A stretch of 64,000 nucleotides of DNA, from NCBI RefSeq assembly GCF_026210795.1, contig NC_089432.1, positions 4,836,001 through 4,900,000 of the forward strand. Reading direction: 5' to 3'. Below are positions 26,021 to 36,751 of the stretch, piece by piece. Source of the DNA: Rhizophagus irregularis (lineage: Eukaryota). The notes beneath the pieces are model-generated. The model worked only from the letters and a program-made list of their open reading frames with translations. It had not been told where the DNA came from and searched no databases. The stretch's first letter is position 1. Each line of letters opens with the position of its first letter. The translations under genes were made by a program, and so were the position numbers.

Positions 26021-27481
26021 ATGAAGAAAACTATTCTCGCAATTGGCTCTACAGGCCTTGGCAAGACAACAATGGCCCGCTTGCTCTGTGAAGTAGACGT
26101 TGAGGATTCAAGTGGTACTAAATCTGCAACTAAGGAAGCAATAATATATGAAACGAATGAATTTTTATTTATTGATACTTGTGGATTTGATGACTCATCG
26201 GACACGACAGATGAAGAAGTATTTCATGATATAATGCGTTTATTTCAGAGATATGGAAAAAATAATATTTTTAATATCGATGTAATATTATGGTTTTGTT
26301 GTGAGAGTGTAAGAGAAATGGCCCACTTACGACGTGAGGCTAGATTTATTCAACGACTTATCGAATATACAGACGAATGTAGACCAATAGATTTATGGAA
26401 AAATGTCTTAATTATAACAAAGGGAACTTTCCCATCGCATGAGTTAATTGATGGTCCAACATCTGCTGCGAAGAATGCTTGTCAGGCTTTTTCTAGTATG
26501 CAAATTAATGAAGAATCATTCATCGTTAAACACTTTCCATGTTGGATCTGTGATATCAAACGTCCTTCCAAAGACGGTCCACTTCCGGATAATTATTATC
26601 GTCAGGATGAAATAAAATCAAAAATTCAACATTTAATTTCAAATTTTAGTCCAATATTAGTCCACTTTAGAAATAGTGAATGTCAAAAATGTAATGCGAC
26701 CGGTGATCCTAGGCTTTTCATTACAAAATGTCATACTACATTAATTTTTAACCATTCTATAGAAATCGAATATTTTCATCCTGAACAAATAGTTCATTTT
26801 CATTCGGGTAGTAAGTTCCTTGATCATGAACCTGACGAAAATTCAATCAAAAAATTTTTTGAAGAAATACTCGGTAGCAATCCTACAAAGCTTCCTGCAT
26901 CTCAGGTTTCAAGTGAAACAGCGAAAGAAATTATTGAGTCGTACGAATTTAGTAACCAAATAGAAGCAACATCAGAGTCTCAACTGTCACGTGTGTCACT
27001 ATTAAGTTTGAAGGTAGCGACGGTAGCGTATAAGGCAATACGATTAGTAGTGCCAATGGTGCCATTGGCCCTTTCCAGAGCAGCAGCAGGCACTATAACT
27101 TCAGCTGCAATTCTTTCAGCTGCAAGTACTTCAGTTATTGCCATTTGTGTTGGAGGAGTTGTGTTTTATTATGAAACAAAAAATATTCCATGTAAATTAT
27201 GTAAAAAATTGATTGGAGTAGAAAAAGAATGTATTAAAAAATGTGATAATTGTAAAAAAAAATGGGAGGAACCTGGTTGTGAAACTCAATATGATTGTTG
27301 TAAACAAAAAGAGGAAGCGCCTGGATGTCAAGCACGTGAAAAATGCATAATGTGCTCAGAAGCTGCAATCAAATTAAATTCCCAAGGATGTACACCATTC
27401 TGCGCGAAATGCAAAGAAAAGTGGAAGAAGACTCCGGGCTGTGATCCCTCTTTCAATCATTATGTTGTGATAATAAATTGA
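26021..27481 (+). CDS. P-loop GTPase (TRAFAC, AIG1/Toc34-like) + hydrophobic segment + Cys/His-rich domain, paralog A, 486 aa
   Basis: G1 GSTGLGKTT, G2 SAT, G3 IDTCG, G4-like ITKG; CQKC, HPEQIVHFHSG; hydrophobic VIAICVGGVVFYY; C-terminal CxxC, CC and PGC repeats; intronless ORF. Confidence 0.88.
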   Translation: MKKTILAIGSTGLGKTTMARLLCEVDVEDSSGTKSATKEAIIYETNEFLFIDTCGFDDSSDTTDEEVFHDIMRLFQRYGKNNIFNIDVILWFCCESVREMAHLRREARFIQRLIEYTDECRPIDLWKNVLIITKGTFPSHELIDGPTSAAKNACQAFSSMQINEESFIVKHFPCWICDIKRPSKDGPLPDNYYRQDEIKSKIQHLISNFSPILVHFRNSECQKCNATGDPRLFITKCHTTLIFNHSIEIEYFHPEQIVHFHSGSKFLDHEPDENSIKKFFEEILGSNPTKLPASQVSSETAKEIIESYEFSNQIEATSESQLSRVSLLSLKVATVAYKAIRLVVPMVPLALSRAAAGTITSAAILSAASTSVIAICVGGVVFYYETKNIPCKLCKKLIGVEKECIKKCDNCKKKWEEPGCETQYDCCKQKEEAPGCQAREKCIMCSEAAIKLNSQGCTPFCAKCKEKWKKTPGCDPSFNHYVVIIN

Positions 27482-28769
27482 ATTTCATCATTTTTCCTTT
27501 GTCTTTTATTTTAAAAGTCTATTAAAAAATGATGTAATACTTATTCTATTATACATATTTTTTTTTATATTTTATATTAAATAAAGATAACTTTTTTTTT
27601 GTACTTATAAAAATAGAGACAATTAAATTTTTTTTTTCTGTAATTCATTATTATTGGCCACAATAATTACCGCAAAGATCGGAAGATAAAACCAATAATG
27701 CGACGTAAATTTAATTTTTTGTTTTTCGTTTACATTTAATAATGCCTACATTTGAATATTTCAAATTCGTATAAAATAAGAAGAATTTAAAATGCAACTT
27801 TCAAATTATATTTTTATTCTCTTCAGTATTATTATATCAGTTAACAAAAAATCCTAATCACAATCACGATTAATTAATCTTTAACAGAAGGACTTTACTA
27901 ATATAATCTTTGGCTGTGATACAGAAATAAATTTGATCCAGATTTAACAGATTTAAATATTTTTCCTGAATATCATTCGCTTATAATGCTTAAGTTTATT
28001 GATCCCGGCTAGCTATTTTTAATACTAAATTAAAATAATGATCGGAATTATTGATTTTTTTCTCCAAAAAAAGAAAAAAAAAAAATTCAGGATCGGATTA
28101 TTTTTTTGCTTTTTGATTTTAAAAATTCATAATTTATTGTATATAAAGTAATGAGAATGCCAAATCTCTTATTTTAACTGATGTGAAATATCGTCCAAGA
28201 ATCCTTACCGAATTTTTGAAATTTTTAATTTTTTTAAAATAATTGATTATTTTGTTATTTTTGTTAAATTATTTAATAATTTGAGCGCTGATTTTTATAA
28301 AATCACTTTATATTCGAATTTTATTATTTTATTTCATAAATTAGAAATAGTGTTGCGAAGAGTCATGTGAATGTCGTCACGTGACTCAAATAAAAGCGCA
28401 CGGACCTTAGTATTTTAGGAACCAGGTTAGTTCAACGAAAGAAATAATTCGGATGTGTATCATTTATGCATGAAATCATTTAATAAATAATTCTTTTGAT
28501 TGAAAAGGGGGTACAAACTAATTTTTATCATAAGAATATAGTTTGCATTGAGTTTTAATAAATTTACATTTTTTTCATCACTTGATTTTTTTTACACGTT
28601 AAAAGATTGGGAAAATTTTTATTTTCTACGTACCTGCGTTAACAGTAGCAATTGTAATAAGACTTTTAAATTATTTAAGCAATCAGCTGAATGAAGTGGA
28701 CAGATAACTTTGGGTTATTAGAATTTCTCATAATTTAATATATCGCCGAATGACTTATACGATGCGACT

Positions 28770-29888
28770 AGGACCCCGGATAATTATAATAGAGGTCACA
28801 TCCGCAGTACTAATTAAAAATTCAATGAAATATACATAATTTTTGCCGTTTTGATATACATTTTTATCATATGACCTTTATACGTATTAAAAATATCCTT
28901 TTTTATCATATGACTTTAATAATATTTTTTTTTTTACAATATTATATTTCATATTAAATTTATTCAGCATCATCATTTAATCGACTTTGTAGCAATAATC
29001 AATTGTAATTTATCTATAATTGAATTAAAAAAATTATAGATTGCCATTTCTTTTTTTCCTACAATTAAAAATCCCATATTTTCAGTAATATTTTCGCAAT
29101 TTCCTAAATAATAATGATCAAATAACTAGGAATATGTAAAAACAAAACATATTTTGGTTCATCCATTGGAAAACATCCAAAAATATTTGGAATCTGTTCT
29201 ATATAAACATGTACTGAAATATAAGAAAGTGAATCAATACAGCTAGTACTATCAACATAAGAATGATAATTTGTTAATTTATGATACATAGCCAAAAATT
29301 GAACAAGTCAAATTTTTAATCCCAAAAGTGCAAATGCATAACCACCACGATTGGTGGAATTTTCCAAAGTAACATTTGCAACGCTAATGCTTAGCAAAGC
29401 TAAATAAATTATAATATAAATTATAAATTAATATAAATTTGCAAACAATAACCAGTGAATTTTACCTGAGGCATTTTGATATCTTTCCAATACTTCTAAA
29501 CATGTTCTATTTTGCCATCTTTTAGTTTTTAAATTTCCAGTTTTTGTGCCATCATTTTGAGCCAAAGCAACTAAGTAAATTTGATAAATTATGATAAATT
29601 TATCTAATATAAAATGTATTTTTCTCATTTGCTATTTATATTGAAAATTGATGTAACATTGCATATGATATTTCCTAAATATACGCTTTTATTAGAAAAA
29701 TCACATGTGACCTTAAAATTTTGTCTAAAATTATATACTTTTTTTACTGTGACCTAATTTGGCGGTACTCTATTTTGACATGTAACTTTTTTTTAAAATA
29801 CCCGTTTTTTCATATGACCTTTCCATTAAAAATGCAAAATTATATACTTTTTTTGCATATGACCTTTATTATAATTATCCGGGGTCAT
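28770..29888. mobile_element. Non-autonomous TIR element with 8-bp TSD
   Basis: ~30-bp TIR A(G/T)GACCCCGGATAATTATAATA(G/A)AGGTCA; TSD ATGCGACT at 28762-28769 and 29889-29896; carries a degenerate spliced coding fragment (about 29100-29628, minus). Confidence 0.87.
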
Positions 29889-30148
29889 ATGCGACTGCTA
29901 GGGTAGTCAGGCAAATAGTTGAATCAAAACTATATGTGTTGGTTTAACTTTTAGTTCGGTTAATTTTATTGATCGAAAATTAAATCAATCATAAAATAAT
30001 CATATTTTTTTAGATGTCCAAATCTCTTACTCGACTATGTGACTATTTCAAATTTTCAATATGAACAACGTCTGCAAAGTTAAGAATCATTTATTTGCAT
30101 CAACTAGTAAATTTTTTAGTGTTTTAGATTTAAAATCTCATCTATATA

Positions 30149-30543
30149 CAGTCAAACTTTTATATAACGATATGTCGGACATATATAAAATTTTTAGAAA
30201 ATATCGTTATATCAAAGTTATACCGATATTTACTGTATATGTCCTCACATATAGTGGGAAAATAAAATTTTATCGGTATATCAAGTTTTTAATAGTATAT
30301 CGGCATATGCAGGGTCAAGGAGATGTGTAGTGTATGACAGTTTACACAAGTGGTAAATAACACGATGGGCCAAACACGTGATTTGGAGTGAGCCGAAATG
30401 CTATTCATCACCTGTGTATGGTTCACGCCCCTTATTTTACACACTGTTACACACTGCTAAATATCACCATACACCACACAGGTGGTCGACCCTACACCAC
30501 TGGTATTCGTCTTACCGAATATCGGTATATCGAGGTTAGACTG
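30149..30543. mobile_element. Tc1/mariner (pogo-like) MITE
   Basis: TA|CAGTCAAACTTTTATATAACGATA ... TATCGGTATATCGAGGTTAGACTG|TA; imperfect TIR, TA TSD. Confidence 0.8.
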
Positions 30544-31773
30544 TATACAGTACAGTATATACTGTATAAAGGTTTATTTTTTCATACCAAACGGCAAATA
30601 TTTTATATAAAATATAAAAAATAGCTTCGTAACTTTGTTTATAAGGTTGTATTAATGATCTTAATATATTAATTTTCTTAATACACAAAATAATTAGAGT
30701 TGTACATTTTAACTAAATGGGTATATACAGTATCCAATTAAAAAAAGGCAATTCATACATTTTTATTTCGTTTATTGTTCTTATAGAACTAAATAACGTT
30801 TATGCTGTACTTTTTTACTATATTTTTATCTTAAAAATAATGTCCACTTCACTTTTATATTTATTTGAGTACTTTGGTTGGAACAGAATAATGTGATATA
30901 GTGAAAGTATAGCATGTGATAAATCAGCTTTTGTTGCAACTTCTTACTAGTAGATAGGGTTATGATGAATCAGTATAATAATAATAAAAAGTGTAAATAA
31001 TCTAAATAATATAATATACAATTTTAATTATTTCTTCAGTTATCCGTTGAATAACAAGTATATATTTATTTAAAATTCGAATTGGTAAAAATCATCTTAC
31101 CTTTCACATTATTTGAGAAAACATACAAATGTTCCTTGAGTCAACTTTTACAGGATAAAGAAAACATAATAACAAAGAGGAAAAATAAATGGGACCTAAC
31201 CGTATGCTATTATTATGGGGTTTTTGTCTTATTATTTTATTTATAGTTAAATGCGAGTATTCATACAGTATAAGTTCGTTGGAGAATGTATATTATCAAA
31301 ATAACCAAATGATAATATTTTATTAAATGAGCTTAATAGATTTTTATATTTCTTACAAAATTCTCTTAAAAAAAAAATCAAGAATATATTTTCCTCGCAA
31401 AAGAATTGGTAAACTACCCCAGTCGCACCGATACCCACTCAGAAAAAACAAAGTCCCTCAGGTGGGTGATGATTTAAAGTATGTCACGTGATCGCTAAAT
31501 TTTGGTCGGTGCCACAGACACTGCCTGTAGTAATTACTGCGGTACGGTATCATCAAATGCTGTACGACTATCTTCGGAGAATAAGGTGCATAAAAATATT
31601 TAAAATAACAAGTATTGACAATGAAAATTTTTTTGACCGTTTCTTTCCATTTTTTTTTTTTCATCAAATTATTATCATATATTCGAATATTTAAGACAAA
31701 TAATTTTCCAACTTTATTAATTATTCATTATTAAATTTTAAAATATTTTTTAGAAATATTTCTTAAAAAAAAA

Positions 31774-33306
31774 ATGAAGAAAACTATTCTTGCCATTGGC
31801 ACCACAGGCCTTGGCAAGACAACAATGGCCCGTTTACTTTGTGAAATAGACGTTGAGGGTTCAAATGGTATTGAATCTGGCACTGAAAAAGCAATAATAT
31901 ATGAAACGGATGAATTTTTTTATATTGATACTTGTGGATTTGGTGATTCATTTGGTACGACAAATGAAGAAATATTTCATGATATAATGCGTTTATTTCA
32001 GAAACATGGAAAAAATAATATCTTTAATATCGATACAATATTATGGTTTTGCCCTGAGAGTGTGAGAGAAATGGATCCCCTAAAACACGAGGCTAACTTT
32101 ATCCAACGTTTTGTCGAATATACTGATGGATATAAACCAATAGATTTATGGAAAAATGTCTTGATTATAACAAAGGGAACTTTCCTATCGCATGAGTTAA
32201 TTAATGGTCCAAAATCTGCTGCAAAGAATGCTTGTCAGACCTTTTCTAATATGCAAATTGATGACGATTCTTTCTTCGTTAAACATTTTCCATGTTGGAT
32301 CTATGATATCAATGGCAACACCAATGCACGATGGGCTAAAATGGATTCTGAAGCTCGTTTCGAATTTAATTGTTACCGTGAGAACGAAATAAAATCAAAA
32401 ATTCAACATTTGATTCCAAATTTTAGTCCAATATCAGTTCACTTTAAACAAGGAAAATGTCAAAAATGTAATGCGATCGGTGATCCGAGGCTTTTCATCA
32501 CAGAATGTCATACTACATTAATTTTTAACCATTCTATAAAAATCGAATATTTTCATCCTGAACGAATAGTTCATTTTCATTCGGGTAGTAAGTTCCTTGA
32601 TCATGAACCTGATGAAATTTCAATCAAAAGATTTTTTGAAAAGATGCTCGGTACCAATCCTACAAAGCTTCCTGCGTCACAAGTTTCAAGTGAAATAGGG
32701 AAAGAAATTATTGAAGTATGCAAACCAGATTTGACTGTTAACCAAGTACAAGCAACACCAGAGTCACAACCGTCTCGTATGTCACAAGTAATTTCGCACG
32801 TATCTCAAGCGGCGTCAAAAGTATCACAGGTAGTAGTGTCATCATCAATATTGCCGTCAATAGCCTTTCTTGCTAGACATAGTGGTTCTGCGAGTGGTTC
32901 TAAAGGTGGTGTAGCCCCGCCATTAGGTTTATATCTTCTTGCAGCCGCAGGTACGTCAGTAACTGTTCTTACTATTTGTGTCGGAGGAACTGTATATTAT
33001 TATGAGACAAAAAATATCTCTTGTAAGAGGTGTAATAAATTAGTTGGAGAAAAAGGTTGTATTGAAAAATGTGATAATTGCAAAAAAGAATGGATAGAAA
33101 CTGGTTGTACGATCGGATACGAATGTTGTAAACAAGATGAGAATAAACCTGGATGTAAAGCACGTGAAAAGTGCATAATGTGTCAAGAAGCTGCGATCAA
33201 ATTAAATTCCCAAGGATGTACACAATATTGCATGAAGTGCAAAGAAATGTGGAATACGCCGGGTTGTGATCCTTCCTTCAAACACAATGTGGTGATAATG
33301 GATTGA
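31774..33306 (+). CDS. P-loop GTPase + hydrophobic segment + Cys/His-rich domain, paralog B, 510 aa
   Basis: GTTGLGKTT, IDTCG, ITKG; collinear with 26021-27481 including the Cys pattern; downstream non-coding DNA is also homologous (about 27600-27870 vs 33420-33715). Confidence 0.88.
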   Translation: MKKTILAIGTTGLGKTTMARLLCEIDVEGSNGIESGTEKAIIYETDEFFYIDTCGFGDSFGTTNEEIFHDIMRLFQKHGKNNIFNIDTILWFCPESVREMDPLKHEANFIQRFVEYTDGYKPIDLWKNVLIITKGTFLSHELINGPKSAAKNACQTFSNMQIDDDSFFVKHFPCWIYDINGNTNARWAKMDSEARFEFNCYRENEIKSKIQHLIPNFSPISVHFKQGKCQKCNAIGDPRLFITECHTTLIFNHSIKIEYFHPERIVHFHSGSKFLDHEPDEISIKRFFEKMLGTNPTKLPASQVSSEIGKEIIEVCKPDLTVNQVQATPESQPSRMSQVISHVSQAASKVSQVVVSSSILPSIAFLARHSGSASGSKGGVAPPLGLYLLAAAGTSVTVLTICVGGTVYYYETKNISCKRCNKLVGEKGCIEKCDNCKKEWIETGCTIGYECCKQDENKPGCKAREKCIMCQEAAIKLNSQGCTQYCMKCKEMWNTPGCDPSFKHNVVIMD

Positions 33307-34736
33307 ACTCATCTCTTTTTTTTTATATTTTGAATATACACACAATATATTAAATGCTTATTATAAAGATGATGTACTTCATTTTATATCACTTTTATTG
33401 TTCATATTTTTCATGATTATAAAATAAAGACAATTTTAAACTTTTTTTTTGTATCATTCATTATTTACTTCAAGGATTGGATAATGAAACCGATAATGCA
33501 ACATAAATTCATTTTTTTTTTTTTACATTTGATACCAACATTTGAATATTTGCCAATTTGGCATCATGTAAAATTTGGCATAATAACCTCAACGCTCCAA
33601 ATGACAAATTTTTATAATATAATAACAAGACTAATTTAAAATACAACTTTAAAATTATAATTGGTTCTCTTTAATATTGTATGTATCAATTAGCAGAAAA
33701 ACCCAATCACAATCATTAATTTCGAGTAATTAAAAGGTTTTAAACTTTAGAAATCGATAAAAAAAATTTTAGGTCATTATTATAAATAAATAAATTAAAT
33801 AGTTCATTAGTGCTATGCAACTTTTATTTTAAGATCGTATTTTAGTGAATAAAAAAGTTTCTTTAAGGTTTAAATAAGTATCGTGATTCAAAGATTACAA
33901 GTTTTAAAAGTCGGAAATATGATAGATTTATATTAAAGTCTTTTTTTTTATGATGCGGGCGCATTTTTTACTCTTATTTTTTATGTATGATATTTGTTTT
34001 TTCAAAATGTTTCATGAGGACTTCGAGTATGATAATTAATGTGGTAAGCTTTATTATATATATCAGGTATGATTTTTCGCCAAATAAACATATAGTATAT
34101 GTATGAAATCAGTTAATAAAAAAGATTATTTTGCTTAAATAAAAATTTAGTTTGTAATCTTTGCTATCGTAAATATATTAAATAGAGTGAAATGGTTAAT
34201 TTTAGCTTTAGTAAGCTTATTAATTTTTATATTAACTTATTATTTTAGACATTAATTTTTTTTATTATATAGTATTCCCGCGTTAACAGCCCCTGTAAAA
34301 AAGTCGATCCGTTTTTTATATTCCATCTTTTTCCGTAAAAAGGCTCATATGTCCGGAATTAATAACTTTATATCATCGAAATTTATCGAATTATTTACAT
34401 TTTCCGTGAATGGATCCGTGAAAAGTTCATTTTTACGGAGTTTTTACAGAAATAACAAATTTATTATATTGCTTTAACTAATAACCTCTTTAGTATAGAA
34501 CTCTCTGTGATGCATCGCAGTTATAAATTATTTTGATCATAGGACAACTCCTCTCATCAATTTGTCTCACAAAAATAGAAATAAATTATAAATCTTATGT
34601 CTAATCATTAATATAGATTTTTCTCGTAATTGATAATTCAGTTAATATTTATTGGTCAAGATATTTTGTACTTTTTATCAACATTGTCAGCTTTATTTGA
34701 TTTTTTTATATATTATCGTATGTATTATGATAAATC

Positions 34737-35182
34737 ACCTGCCAGAAAAAAACATCACAGGACCAAATGGGCATGGCCCAGTCGATTTCGCAATAGATTT
34801 ACTTCAAAACCGCAAAAACTGTTGGCGTAACAGAAGTAAAGAACGAAGATTTTTTAAAGGGTAATGCTCAGAATGCCGTTCAACTTGAATCAGCTTTATC
34901 AAACCGTAAGCGTAAGGCAGATGAGATGAAGGAGGAAAGTGTGTTTGTGGGCAAGACTTTTGGAATTGAATTGTCACAGATGGATGCGGAAAATGGTATT
35001 TTTTAGAATGTTTACTTGATGATCAAGATAGGCTAACATTTAAACTATCGAAGCCGGTAATAGTTGTGTATGGTAATGAGGATATGGAAAGAAATGTTGA
35101 AAGAATTCTCGGACATATTGCATGGTTATTGGAAGAGGCGCAGAAGCAAGCAAAAATCGAACTAGAATTTAGGGGCAGATAG
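34737..35182 (+). pseudogene. PD-(D/E)XK nuclease-like C-terminal domain fragment
   Basis: Across frameshifts: KNITGPNGHGPVDFAIDLLQ / KTVGVTEVKNEDFLKGNAQNAVQLESALSNRKRK / FLECLLDDQDRLTFKLSKP..ILGHIAWLLEEAQ; D...EVK...Q spacing fits the restriction-endonuclease fold. Confidence 0.65.
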
Positions 35183-35254
35183 GGCTTAGGATAGAAATGT
35201 ATAAAATTCGTCATGTATCACGGGCAAGCCCCGAACTTTTGTATTTATTTTTCG

Positions 35255-35260
<6 letters not shown>

Positions 35261-35287
<27 letters not shown>
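35261..35287. repeat. (TA)n microsatellite
   Basis: About 13 TA units. Confidence 0.95.
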
Positions 35288-35290
<3 letters not shown>

Positions 35291-36525
35291 TTAATAAAAA
35301 AATTTTTTACACGACACTGATGAGGTAATACCTCGTTTTTCAACCTTGTATCACTTCGAGGTGTGAAGAGTCTTCACGTTTACCACATATATCAGGCCAA
35401 CTTGAATCCGCAGTGTATTTTTCCAAAGTGATTAATCGCGTAATTTATCAGTACACGAAAAAAATGATTAATATGGTTTTATCATTACTCATTAGATTTT
35501 GATTCAATGATTCTCCGACGAATTCTCAGGGTATTTATTAAATAAAAGGTGAACTAATGACATTTGTGTGGCTGGCTTTTTTACTTAATTTATTATGAAC
35601 TTGTAAGCTTTACTGCGCCATTATTGCACAAAAAAAAAACAAATGTTTTGATTTTTTATCTCAATGAAAAAGAAATAATATATATCAAGAGCTAAATACT
35701 AATTAAGAATTAAAATTTTAACTTTGAAACGTTATAAGTCAGCTTTTTTTAATGAAAATAAATTCGAACCATCATATATATTTTCGTTTATAATGAAAGT
35801 GGTCATATGATAAAGGCTCATAAACTAAGAAAATTAAATTTTTCTGTTTATCAGTTCTTCAATATAGTGTTACTGTTAAACATATAATTCAAAAATGCGT
35901 AAGTTTAGTTGCATTAATTTAATTAAAAATTAACAATTTGTATGTTTAAATGCTGAATTTATTAGATATACTTTTGGATGGCTCAAATTATATACATTCA
36001 CTTAACATCATCTAAAGGATCTAAAATTATCATTTTTATTAAACATTATAGTATGAAAAGAAATTATAGTAATGTAATATCATTTGCAGTTAGCTCAATT
36101 GAATTTAGATGGGGTTCTTTTTTTTTTTTACCCGAAACACATAAAAAGTTTGAAGGACTTTATTATTAGCCATACGCATTTTTCAGAGCCGGAACTATGA
36201 TAATTTTGGTCATTACCTAAAAAAATTAATAGCTTTTGGCATTATCTAAAAAAAGAAGATTTTTATGATTTTTTTGTCTGACCTTTCCTTTTTATGTATA
36301 TTTTGAGTCCTATTATATACTCTTTCGCAACGACATAATATTGTTTACTTATCTTTGAAGACTTGAACTTTTCTGGCCTTTCAAAATGTAAAAGCCCTAC
36401 TGATATGCTGTTCAAATGAAAATTTCCGGTAGAAAAATCTCTCATATAGGTAAAGGTGAAGCCAACGAATAAAATAATGCCAGCCAGTATCCAAAAAAGG
36501 AAATAATTACTGGCTACAGTATATA

Positions 36526-36685
36526 AATTATCTATAAAAGGAATGATCTACATGAATATGGTATGGGTACATTGTCGATCTCGGTTATTTTTACAGGGAT
36601 ACCTAACAATTTTTTAATTATCTATAAAAGGTCTACATGAATGTGTGACATACGTTGTGTACATTGTCGATCTCGATTATTTTTT
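36526..36685. repeat. ~70-bp direct duplication upstream of the kinase pseudogene
   Basis: AATTATCTATAAAAG..TCTACATGAAT..GTACATTGTCGATCTCG.TTATTTTT occurs twice. Confidence 0.75.
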
Positions 36686-36751
36686 ATATAGAATCAGTTA
36701 TTCAACAACTCAAATAACTTTCACCCTCAAATAATAATATATATATAAATC

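Noticed and set aside
34290..34450. CCCTGTAAAAA...TTTTTACAG inverted ends
   Set aside because: Right terminus incomplete and no TSD.
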